From positions 2,566 through 66,565 of the forward strand of contig JABFXX010000065.1 of assembly GCA_013368795.1 (NCBI GenBank): DNA of 64,000 nt, written 5' to 3'. The notes beneath the pieces are model-generated. The model saw nothing but the letters and a program-made list of their open reading frames with translations. It ran no database searches and was not told where the DNA came from. Position 1 is the first letter of the stretch, and every line of letters begins with the position of its first letter. The DNA is from Kofleriaceae bacterium (GTDB lineage: Bacteria; Myxococcota_A; Polyangia; Haliangiales; Haliangiaceae). This document shows, piece after piece, positions 25,826-34,439 of this stretch. The translations under genes were made by a program, and so were the position numbers.

Positions 25826-27039
25826 GCGCGGTGGCGATCACGCGTGGGCAGCTGTCGCGAGCGACGGTCGGACGGCTCACGCTGCTCGGCAACCTCTACT
25901 TCGCGCAGGGGCTGCCGTTCGGGTTCTTCGTCCAGGCACTGCCGGCGCTGTTGCGCGATGCGGGCTACTCGCTCGGCGAGATCGGGCTCGCCTCGCTGCT
26001 CGCGATCCCGTGGGCGCTGAAGTTTTTGTGGGCGCCGTTCGTCGACCGCCGGTACTGGCCGAGGCTCGGGCGTCGGCGCACATGGATCCTCGGCATGCAG
26101 CTCGCCGCGACCCTCGTGCTCGGGATGATCGCGATCGCGCCCGGGTCCGACGCGCTGCCCGTGCTGATGACTGCGATGTTCTTGCTCAACCTGATCGCGG
26201 CGACGCAGGACGTGGCGACCGACGGCCTCGCCGTCGCGATCCTGCCGCCCGCCGAGCGAGGGTTCGCAAACGGCCTGCAGGTCGGCGCATATCGCATCGG
26301 CATGATCATGGGCGGCGGCGTGCTGCTCGGCGTCTATGCCGACCACGGACTCCACACGACGTTCGCGGTGATGACCGTGCTCACGATCCTGTCGAGCGTG
26401 CCGGTGCTCGTCGCGCGCGAGCCAGACGTTCCCATCGAGAAGAGCGGCTCGCCGCACGTGCACTTCCTCCTGCGACCCGGCGCGTGGCGGCTGATCGCGC
26501 TCGTCGTCGTGTACAAAGCAGGCGAGGCGTTCGCGCAGGGCATGCTGCGGCCGTTCCTCAAGGATCGCGGCCTCGACCTCCACGACATCGCGTGGATGCT
26601 GGGCGCGGTCGGCTTCACCGCGGGCACGGCCGGCGCGCTTGCCGGTGGCGCGCTGGTCGGCAGGATCGGTCGTCGCCGTTCGCTCGTCGCGTTCGGCATC
26701 GGCCAGGTGATCACGGTCGCCGGCTATGCGTACCTCGCGTTCGGCACACCCTCGTACGCCGAGATCGCGACGTGGCTGGGTGTCGAGCACTTCGCGAGCG
26801 GGATGGCGACCGCGGCGCTGTTCACGTCGATGATGGACTGGAGCCGTCCCGAGAGCGGCGGCACCGATTACACGGTTCAGGCGAGCGCGGTCGTGATCGC
26901 GAGCGGCGTCGCATCGGCGCTGAGCGGGTTCTCGGCACAGGCGCTCGGTTACGGTCCGCACTTCGTCGTGGCGACGGTGCTGTGCGCGGTCGCGATCGCT
27001 GTCGTCGCCCGGCTCTATCCAGAGGAGGTCTCGCGATGA
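25822..27039 (+). CDS. MFS transporter (AmpG/PAT-family-like)
   Basis: ATGA overlap with the TetR stop. 'LGNLYFAQGLPFGFF', about 12 hydrophobic helices, 'WAPFVDRRYWPRLGRRRTW' loop. Confidence 0.8.
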   Translation: MSAVAITRGQLSRATVGRLTLLGNLYFAQGLPFGFFVQALPALLRDAGYSLGEIGLASLLAIPWALKFLWAPFVDRRYWPRLGRRRTWILGMQLAATLVLGMIAIAPGSDALPVLMTAMFLLNLIAATQDVATDGLAVAILPPAERGFANGLQVGAYRIGMIMGGGVLLGVYADHGLHTTFAVMTVLTILSSVPVLVAREPDVPIEKSGSPHVHFLLRPGAWRLIALVVVYKAGEAFAQGMLRPFLKDRGLDLHDIAWMLGAVGFTAGTAGALAGGALVGRIGRRRSLVAFGIGQVITVAGYAYLAFGTPSYAEIATWLGVEHFASGMATAALFTSMMDWSRPESGGTDYTVQASAVVIASGVASALSGFSAQALGYGPHFVVATVLCAVAIAVVARLYPEEVSR

Positions 27040-28454
27040 GGTTTCTGCCGTCCGAGCAGTTCGTGGGCATCTTGATCGAGGATGCGCTCGACGAGGCACG
27101 GTGTGCTGCACTGCTCGCGAACCTCGACCGCCGGGGCTTCGAGGCGACCGGCGAGCACTATCCGCGCGACTACCGCAATAACGATCGCCTCGTGTTCGAT
27201 GATGACGAGCTCGCGGCCTCGCTGTTCGAGCTGCTGCGCGACGAGTTGCCGGCCGAGCTCGTTGTCGACGGCGCGCGCTGGGCGCTGTGCGGCTTCAACG
27301 CGAGGTTCCGCGCGTGCCGCTATCGCGACGGCCAGGCGTTCTGTATCCACCGCGACGGACCACACGTGCCGTCTGACGACCTGCGCTCGCACCTGACGGT
27401 CCAGCTCTATCTCGACGATGCGCCGGACCGCGAAGGCGGCCGCACGCGGTTCTATGCCGATCCACGCGGCACCGAGCTGTGGGCCACGATCGCACCGAAG
27501 CGCGGCGCAGCGATCGTGTTCGACCATCGCGCGTGGCACGACGGCGAAGCGGTGACCGCCGGGATCAAGCACGTGCTCCGCACCGACGTGATGTATCGCC
27601 GGCTCGACGAGACCGGGCTCGATCACGATGTCGTCGGCCGCCACCGCGGCTATGCCTGGCGCGTGAGCTCGTGCCGCGACGGCACGCTCGCGAGCTCCGG
27701 CCGTGACGGCACCGTGCGCCACTGGGGACGGTCCGCGCGCCAGGCGATGTACGACCTGCGTGCAGGCTCGGTGACCGCGCTCGTCGAGGATTCACGCGAT
27801 CGCCTGTGGTGCGGCACGCGCAACGGCGCGGTGTTCGTGATCGATGGCGATGCCGTCACACGGATCGCCGACGACCTCGGCGCCGTGCTCGACGCATGTG
27901 CGAGCGGTGATCGCGTCATCGTCGCGACATCGCGAGGAACCCTCGTCGCATACGACGCGGCCCTGCGAGGAGCCATCGTCGAGGGTACGGCGGTTGGTCC
28001 GATCTGGGCGTCCGCCGCCCACGACGGCTGGGCGTGGTCGGTCATCGCATTCGGCGACGGGTTCGCGTCGTGCGGCGAGGACGGCCGGATCGCCATCACG
28101 GATCGACGAGGTCACACGCGATCGTTCGCCGAGCTCGGCATTCCGCTTCGCGCGGTCGCCGCAGACGGCGCGACGATGATCGCCGGCGACGTGCGAGGCT
28201 GGCTGCACCAGCTCGATCGAGCGGGTGATATCCTCGCGTCGATCCGCGCTCACGATGGCGCGATCACGTGTGCGGCGATCGCGCCGGATCGAACGTGGAT
28301 CACGGGCTCGGAGGATGGAACGGTGAAGCGGTGGCGTGATGGTCGCGAGGTCTCGGCGAGGAGCGGCGATGACTTCATCACGAGCATCGCGATCGATGCC
28401 CGCGGTGACATCGTGTGCTCCGACTACAGCGGCGCGATCTGGATCGCACGATAG
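27036..28454 (+). CDS. Prolyl-4-hydroxylase-like 2OG-Fe(II) oxygenase fused to a WD40-like beta-propeller
   Basis: ATGA overlap with the MFS stop. 'CIHRDG' (HxD), 'AWHDGE', 'KHVLRTDVMY'. C-terminal repeats 'SSGRDGTVRHW', 'CGEDGRIAI', 'GSEDGTVKRW'. Confidence 0.75.
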   Translation: MRFLPSEQFVGILIEDALDEARCAALLANLDRRGFEATGEHYPRDYRNNDRLVFDDDELAASLFELLRDELPAELVVDGARWALCGFNARFRACRYRDGQAFCIHRDGPHVPSDDLRSHLTVQLYLDDAPDREGGRTRFYADPRGTELWATIAPKRGAAIVFDHRAWHDGEAVTAGIKHVLRTDVMYRRLDETGLDHDVVGRHRGYAWRVSSCRDGTLASSGRDGTVRHWGRSARQAMYDLRAGSVTALVEDSRDRLWCGTRNGAVFVIDGDAVTRIADDLGAVLDACASGDRVIVATSRGTLVAYDAALRGAIVEGTAVGPIWASAAHDGWAWSVIAFGDGFASCGEDGRIAITDRRGHTRSFAELGIPLRAVAADGATMIAGDVRGWLHQLDRAGDILASIRAHDGAITCAAIAPDRTWITGSEDGTVKRWRDGREVSARSGDDFITSIAIDARGDIVCSDYSGAIWIAR

Positions 28455-28464
28455 AAGTTTCCAG

Positions 28465-28501
28465 CGCTTCGCGAAGCGATCCCGGGATCTGCAGAAATCT
28501 G
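28465..28501. promoter_or_regulatory. Three abutting short palindromes in the 63-nt spacer after the oxygenase gene
   Basis: 'cgcttcgcgaagcg' 28465-28478, 'gatcccgggatc' 28478-28489, 'cagaaatctg' 28492-28501. Confidence 0.35.
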
Positions 28502-28517
28502 ATCGAACGCGTCTGCG

Positions 28518-30845
28518 ATGGCTGTGTCGCCGCCGGTAGCGCGTATGCAGTCCAACTCACCACGTACCGATCAACCCTCCAACCCAATCCGCGAGCTCGC
28601 GCGGCACGGCATCAGCAAGCTGACGGCACGCTTCCTGACGTTGCTGTTTCTCGGCAGCGGTTGCACGACCGTGTCCGACGAGCTCGAGGTCCCCGAGGCA
28701 CCCGAGACCGCTCCGGGGGCACCGACGTTCGAGGAATGGCTCGCGACGCTGCCGAAGCACGCAGACGGGATGTACGTCGTCGACCACGACATCCTGACGC
28801 GCAATACGAAGACGCTGCACAAGGCGTACACGCGGCAGTATCCGCCGCCCGGTGCGCTGATCATCCACCAGAAGGGCCTCATCTTCGACGAGGACGACAA
28901 GTGGTCGGGCTCGAACATCACGCTCACGTACTGCGTCAGCGATGACCTCGGCACGAACCACGCCTCGGCGGTCGAGGCGATGCGGATCGCGACGGCGGCG
29001 TGGGAATCAGCCGCGAATATCGACTTCGTGTACAACGCCTCGCAGGACTACAACTGCAACCTCAACAACAGCAGCGTGTCGTTCCGCGTCCGCGCAGGCT
29101 CGACGTTTCTCGGCGAGTGCAACGACGGCGAGAGCGCGGCCGCGACGTATCCGAGCGCCGATCCTGAGGATCGGATGGTCTATCTCTGTCCGTCGGCATT
29201 CTCGCTGGGCATCGGGTGGCGCAACCAGGCGTTCCGTCACGAGCTCGGCCACATGCTCGGGTTCGCGCACGAGTTCAACGGCGAGTACGTGCCGCACGGT
29301 CCGGGCTGCGAGGACGAAGACGAGGACGTTCGCATCGTATCCGGCTCCCAGCAGTACGGCGGCGCCGATCCGTACTCGGTGATGTCCTATCCGGCGTGCA
29401 CGATCTCGCCGCCCGGCTGGCTCACCGACTATGACCTCCAGGGCGTCGCCTCCGTCTACGGTCAGGCCGTTGGCCACGACATCGTTCCCGCCGACTTCGA
29501 CGGCGACGGTGTCCTCGACGCAGCCGTTCGCGCGGGTCGCGGCGGCAACTTCTACTACCGGGTGAATCCCAAGGCCGTCGACGACGCGCCGTGGACCGCG
29601 GTGCTCAGCGGCTACGGCGGCACCGGCACGCAGGTCGTGACCGGCGACTTCAACCCGAACCGCTACTACACCGATACCGGTATCCAGATCTTCGCGACGA
29701 ACAAGGCCGACATCAGCGTCAAGAACGACACGACCGGCACGTGGTGCATCGACTATCAGGACAACGGCTTCAACGGCTTTGACGAGTGCCTGGCCGGCTA
29801 CGGCGGCGCGACCAACAAGCCCAACCCGCCCGCCGACTACGACGGTGACGGGGCGATCGATCTCAGCACGAAGGACAACAACGGCACCTGGTACGTCGAC
29901 TACTCGCGCTCGCCCAACACCTCGCGGATCATCCCGTCGGGTGCGTACGCGTCCTCGTACGAGGGCGGCACCTACTTCGCGAGCTACGCGATCGACGGCT
30001 CGCTGTCGACACGCTGGTCGTCGTCGTTCAGCGATCCGCAGTGGATCGTCGTCGATCTCGGCGGCGTCTACTCGATCGGCCGGATCAAGCTGACGTGGGA
30101 GGGCGCGTACGGCAGCTCGTACCGGCTGCAGATCTCCGACGACGCCACGAACTGGCGAAACGTCGCGGTGCTGTCCGGGCAGAACGGCGGCGTCGATGAC
30201 GTCTCGGTCGCCGGCACGGGGCGCTACGTGCGGATGTTCGGGGTCACGCGCGGCACCCAGTACGGCTACTCGCTCTACGAGCTCGAGGTGTTCCAGCGCT
30301 TCGGTCAGTGGAACGGCGTGATGTCGGGATATGGCGACGTCAACGCGCGCCCCGCACCCGCCGACTACGACGGCGACGGCCGCGCAGATCTCGCGGTCAA
30401 GACCACCAGCGGCGAGTGGTTCATCGACTACTCGAATGACTTCGGTGCGCCGGGTTGCGTCGCGCCAAACGCACCTTGCTACAACGGCTGGAACCTCATG
30501 CTCTGGGGCACCGGCGCCGTGTACGGCAACGCGAACTACACGCCCGTGCCCGCCGACTACAACGGCGATGGCTACGCGGACCTCGCCGTGAAGGGCACGG
30601 ATCAGACGTGGAAGATCGACTACCACACCGCCTCGGGCTACGACGGAGTGTTCGACTACAACGCCGCCGGCTACGGCGACGCTACGTGGCTCCCGTACGC
30701 GGGCAGGTTCAACGCCGACAACAAGGCTGACCTCGCGAGGTTCAAGCTGTGGACGAGCGCGACCACGCTGAGCGCGGCCTGGGCCGTCGAGCTGTCGCCT
30801 CCGGCGGTTCCCCTCCCGGACTGGGCGAACGGCGCGCGCTACTAG
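28518..30845 (+). CDS. Astacin-like (M12A-type) metzincin lipoprotein with FG-GAP/VCBS-like repeats and a discoidin (F5/8 type C) domain
   Basis: 'LFLGSGC' lipobox. 'HELGHMLGFAHE' plus Met-turn 'YSVMSYP'. 'ADFDGDG','ADYDGDG' x2,'ADYNGDG'. 'AIDGSLSTRWSS...WIVVDLG...YELEVF'. Alternative start 28545. Confidence 0.8.
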   Translation: MAVSPPVARMQSNSPRTDQPSNPIRELARHGISKLTARFLTLLFLGSGCTTVSDELEVPEAPETAPGAPTFEEWLATLPKHADGMYVVDHDILTRNTKTLHKAYTRQYPPPGALIIHQKGLIFDEDDKWSGSNITLTYCVSDDLGTNHASAVEAMRIATAAWESAANIDFVYNASQDYNCNLNNSSVSFRVRAGSTFLGECNDGESAAATYPSADPEDRMVYLCPSAFSLGIGWRNQAFRHELGHMLGFAHEFNGEYVPHGPGCEDEDEDVRIVSGSQQYGGADPYSVMSYPACTISPPGWLTDYDLQGVASVYGQAVGHDIVPADFDGDGVLDAAVRAGRGGNFYYRVNPKAVDDAPWTAVLSGYGGTGTQVVTGDFNPNRYYTDTGIQIFATNKADISVKNDTTGTWCIDYQDNGFNGFDECLAGYGGATNKPNPPADYDGDGAIDLSTKDNNGTWYVDYSRSPNTSRIIPSGAYASSYEGGTYFASYAIDGSLSTRWSSSFSDPQWIVVDLGGVYSIGRIKLTWEGAYGSSYRLQISDDATNWRNVAVLSGQNGGVDDVSVAGTGRYVRMFGVTRGTQYGYSLYELEVFQRFGQWNGVMSGYGDVNARPAPADYDGDGRADLAVKTTSGEWFIDYSNDFGAPGCVAPNAPCYNGWNLMLWGTGAVYGNANYTPVPADYNGDGYADLAVKGTDQTWKIDYHTASGYDGVFDYNAAGYGDATWLPYAGRFNADNKADLARFKLWTSATTLSAAWAVELSPPAVPLPDWANGARY

Positions 30846-32062
30846 CGACCGATGCGGATGTGCCACCCGCCGGGCACGAACACCGCGCCGCCGCGCACGG
30901 AGACCGACCACCGTGCCGGCTGCCACCTGTGATCGCGTGACGGCGGGACGCGCCACGCGCCGGGGACCCAGACGTACATGCGGCCGTCCCACTGCCACTG
31001 GCCCGGCGTCCATACCGCCGTCGCGATTGGCTGTGGTTCCGGCGGTTGCTCGACGCGAACCTCGGGCGGCGGCGAAGGCGCGTGCACGGTCAGCTCCTTC
31101 GCGACGTCCTCGGGTGGCACGTCCCACATGCCGGCGAGCCAGTGGAAGTCGTTGTCGGCGTACTGCCAGTAGCCTGGGATCCAGCGCGCATTCTTGCTCG
31201 GTTTCGGCGGCAGCGTCTCGATGCGCGGCGGCGGTGGCGGCGGTGTCTTCACCTTCATATCGACGAGCGTCGTGCGCCCGGCCGCGACCTCGCCGTCGAC
31301 GAATGCCTCGTAGCGCTTGTGCCACGCGTCCTCGTCGTCGAGGAACTTCTTCCAGCGCTCGACGGTCATGTCCGCGACGACCGCCTTCTTCTCGATCACG
31401 AACACGAGGTTCTGGAGGTCGAGTGGCTCGTCCGACCAGATATCGAGGACGAGGTGACCTTCGAGTGCGGGGACGTCGCCCCACGAGCGATAGCCGGTGT
31501 CGAGGATGTAGCTGCGCACCTTGCACTCACCTGTGAATTCGCCGACGCGCGTGAGCGACCTCGATTTCAACTTCGTGGCCGGTGCGACCGCGCTCCCCTT
31601 CTTCGCAGGACCGCTGCCACCGCGCGCACTGCCTCCCGACGAGGATGCGGTACCGGCATCGACGACCGTCGCGCGATTGCCCTTGCAAGCTTCGTTGTCG
31701 CGAGACCAGCCGAACGCACGTTCGCTCGTATCGGAGGTCTTGCGCTGCACGTCGAGCCGGTAGTTGCCGCTGATCGAGTGATCACCGCACGCGTAGACCT
31801 CGATCTCCTCGCCGTAGTGCGCACGCAGCGAGTCGGTCTCGATCCGATACGGACCTTGACCGCAGCGCTCGTCGGGCCGATACGCCGTCTTCTCGCGAGT
31901 CTCGTACGGGGACTTCGGCTGCTCTGCCAGGAGCGCTTCGCGCTTTGCGGCGGCAGCCTCGAGCTCGGCATCCCGCGGATCCTTGGGCTTGGCCTTGGAG
32001 GACGAGCCTCCGCACGCAGCGACGAGGAGCAACGCGACCGCCGGCGAGTACCTTCCCATCAT
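30842..32062 (-). CDS. Lipoprotein with C-terminal YXWGXW-type repeats
   Basis: Start 'MMGRYSPAVALLLVAACGG'. C-terminus 'WIPGYWQY...WLAGMW...WTPGQWQWDGRMYVWVPGAW'. Pro-rich linker. Confidence 0.6.
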   Translation of the reverse strand: MMGRYSPAVALLLVAACGGSSSKAKPKDPRDAELEAAAAKREALLAEQPKSPYETREKTAYRPDERCGQGPYRIETDSLRAHYGEEIEVYACGDHSISGNYRLDVQRKTSDTSERAFGWSRDNEACKGNRATVVDAGTASSSGGSARGGSGPAKKGSAVAPATKLKSRSLTRVGEFTGECKVRSYILDTGYRSWGDVPALEGHLVLDIWSDEPLDLQNLVFVIEKKAVVADMTVERWKKFLDDEDAWHKRYEAFVDGEVAAGRTTLVDMKVKTPPPPPPRIETLPPKPSKNARWIPGYWQYADNDFHWLAGMWDVPPEDVAKELTVHAPSPPPEVRVEQPPEPQPIATAVWTPGQWQWDGRMYVWVPGAWRVPPSRDHRWQPARWSVSVRGGAVFVPGGWHIRIGR

Positions 32063-32174
32063 CGACGGGATCGCCTTCGCATCCCGCGTGCCAGCGGCCA
32101 ACCACGCGACTCGCCGTGGTCAGTGGAGCGGGTCGTTCACACCCGCCGATGCAGCCGCGTCACTTGCGGATGCG

Positions 32175-34385
32175 TTAGCGCTCACCCATCTGATCGAGCA
32201 TGAATCCCCACACGTCGGCCTTTTCGGCAAACGCCTGATCTCTCGTCGAGCCGATGCCATGGCCGGCGTCGGCATCGACGCGGATCATGATCGGCTTGCC
32301 GCTCGTCGTCGAGGCGCGCAGGCGAGCGGCCATCTTCGACGTCATCCACGGCGCGACGCGGTGATCGTTGAGACCGACGGTGAAGATCACGGCCGGGTAG
32401 GCGGTGTTCGGCGCGACATGCGCGTACGGATCCATCTCGAGGATCTGCTTGTAGCCGGCCTCGGTCGACGGATCGCCGAGCTCGGTCTTCTGGTTGGCGC
32501 CGTTCTCGGCGGCGAGGATGCGCAGCGGATTGACGATGCCGACGGCGAGCTGGACGACCGCGAACAGATCGGGACGCTCGGTGAGCGCGCGACCGACGAG
32601 CACGCCGCCCATGCTGATGCCGTGCGCCGCGAGCTTGCCGGGCGCTGTGAACTTCTTGTCGACGAGGTACTGCGCGCACGCGATGAAGTCGCGCACGCCA
32701 TTCATCTTCTTGTCGCGCGAGCCATCGTCCTGCCACTTGCGACCCTTCTCGCCACCGCCGCGCACGTGCGCGATCGCGTAGACGCCGCCGCGCTCGACCC
32801 ACGCGACGCGCGACGACGAGAAGCCGGGATGCTCGACCGCGCCGTAGCCGCCATACGCGTAGAGGATCGTCGGGTGCGAGCCGTCGAGCGCGATGTCTCT
32901 GCGGTGGAGGATCGAGAGCGGGACCTTCGTGCCGTCGGCGGACGTTGCTTCGACCTCGTCGGCGACGAGCTGCGACGTGTCGGCGGTCGTCGTCGAAGCG
33001 AGGCCCGTCGGCGAGAGCTTCTTCGTCTTCGGATCGTACGTGTAGTAGGTGCCGGTCCGGAGCCAGCCCTCGACCTGGAACGTGATGCCGTCCTGGAGGT
33101 GGTCGGTCGCGACGTCGGGAGTCCAGCCCTCGTACGGCAGCTTGATCGGCTCGAGCTTGCCGCCCTTCCACGGCATGCGCGACAGGCGCGCCAGGCCATC
33201 GCGCTGATGCACGACGTAGAGGCCGTCCCGTGCAGGCGGGATCCAGCCGAGCGTTGCCGTCGGATCTTCGGGGATCTCGACGCGCGCGTTCTTCAGGTCG
33301 GGATTCGCGAGCGGCACCGAGATGACCTTGCGATTCGGCGCGTCCTTGTACGTCTTCAGGTAGAGCCGATCGCCGTGGACGACTGCAGCCTCGACGCCAT
33401 CGGTGTAGTCGGCGACGATGCGCCACGGCGTCAGGCCTCGGCCCGTCTTGTCGAGCTCGGAGAGCTTGGCGACGCCGATGCGCACCTCGCTATGCGCACC
33501 GCCCGAGTCGGCGACGACCCACTCGGAGCCCGGCGACGACCACAGCCCGGGGAACTCCTCGGGCGCGAGCTTCCACGTGTTGTTCCCGGCGTGATCGAGG
33601 ATGACGACGTCCTTGGCGACGGGCTGACCGAGCTGGTGCCAGAGCGCGGTCATGTTCGTCATCGGATCGACGCCAGCCTCCGGCACCGCCATCTGCGAGT
33701 AGAAGAAGCTCTTGCCGTCGGGGAGCCAGTTGGCCGAGCCCTCGCCCCAGATGCGCTCGATCTGGTCGGGCAAGTCCTGGCCGGTCGCCACGTCCATGAT
33801 GTGAAGGACGCCGACCTCGCCGCCTCCCGTCGACAGCACGTAAGCGAGGTACTTGCCGTCAGGCGACGCGTTCCACGCGTGCAGCGAGACGTGCGTTCCG
33901 GCGCTCGACAGCTTCTCTGGATCGACGAGGATCCGCGTCTTGCCGTCGGGCTCGCGCACGGCGAGCTTCGCGAGCTGCGCACCCGCGGGAAACGTGAAGT
34001 GGAATTTCCGCTTGCCGGCGACCTGTACGCTGAAGATCGCGGCGACGCCGAGGCCGAGCTCGCGGACCCGCGTGTAGAGTTTGTCGCGCAGCGGCAACGC
34101 CGCGAGCTGCTCGGCTGCTTGCTCGCCCTGCGCGCGCAGCCAGTCGCGCCCCTCGCCGGTGTCGCCGTTCTCCATCCAGCGATAGGGATCGGGGACCTCG
34201 ATCCCGAACTGCCTGTCGACGACCCCGTCGACGCGTGTCGAGGGACCGGACGCTGGCAGCGTCTCGGTATGCGGTTCGGCGGCGGCAGCGACGGCGAGCG
34301 CGCGATCGGGCGGCGGGGCCGGCGTCGTCGTCCTGGCAACCGGGGAACTGCACGCGGCGACGAACAGGATCCAGCCGATTCGCAT
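32175..34385 (-). CDS. Prolyl oligopeptidase family serine peptidase (S9A), lipoprotein
   Basis: True start 'MRIGWILFVAACSS' inside the 1109-aa ORF. 'VPDPYRWMEN', nucleophile elbow 'HGISMGG', C-terminal 'DADAGHG'. Confidence 0.85.
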   Translation of the reverse strand: MRIGWILFVAACSSPVARTTTPAPPPDRALAVAAAAEPHTETLPASGPSTRVDGVVDRQFGIEVPDPYRWMENGDTGEGRDWLRAQGEQAAEQLAALPLRDKLYTRVRELGLGVAAIFSVQVAGKRKFHFTFPAGAQLAKLAVREPDGKTRILVDPEKLSSAGTHVSLHAWNASPDGKYLAYVLSTGGGEVGVLHIMDVATGQDLPDQIERIWGEGSANWLPDGKSFFYSQMAVPEAGVDPMTNMTALWHQLGQPVAKDVVILDHAGNNTWKLAPEEFPGLWSSPGSEWVVADSGGAHSEVRIGVAKLSELDKTGRGLTPWRIVADYTDGVEAAVVHGDRLYLKTYKDAPNRKVISVPLANPDLKNARVEIPEDPTATLGWIPPARDGLYVVHQRDGLARLSRMPWKGGKLEPIKLPYEGWTPDVATDHLQDGITFQVEGWLRTGTYYTYDPKTKKLSPTGLASTTTADTSQLVADEVEATSADGTKVPLSILHRRDIALDGSHPTILYAYGGYGAVEHPGFSSSRVAWVERGGVYAIAHVRGGGEKGRKWQDDGSRDKKMNGVRDFIACAQYLVDKKFTAPGKLAAHGISMGGVLVGRALTERPDLFAVVQLAVGIVNPLRILAAENGANQKTELGDPSTEAGYKQILEMDPYAHVAPNTAYPAVIFTVGLNDHRVAPWMTSKMAARLRASTTSGKPIMIRVDADAGHGIGSTRDQAFAEKADVWGFMLDQMGER

Positions 34386-34408
34386 GACGGGAGCATACGC
34401 GCGTTGGA

Positions 34409-34424
34409 CCGCGATCGATCGCGG
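34409..34424. promoter_or_regulatory. Perfect 16-bp palindrome CCGCGATCGATCGCGG in the 54-bp divergent spacer
   Basis: Lies between the S9A peptidase start (34385) and the methyltransferase start (34440). Centre contains TCGA flanked by two GATC. Confidence 0.5.
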
Positions 34425-34439
34425 CTGTAACGTAACAGC

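Noticed and set aside
29007-31526. 839-aa minus-strand ORF
   Set aside because: Arg/Ala/Gly-rich, with no motifs. It is antisense to the well-supported astacin-like gene and out of frame with the lipoprotein gene, so it is a typical high-GC shadow ORF.
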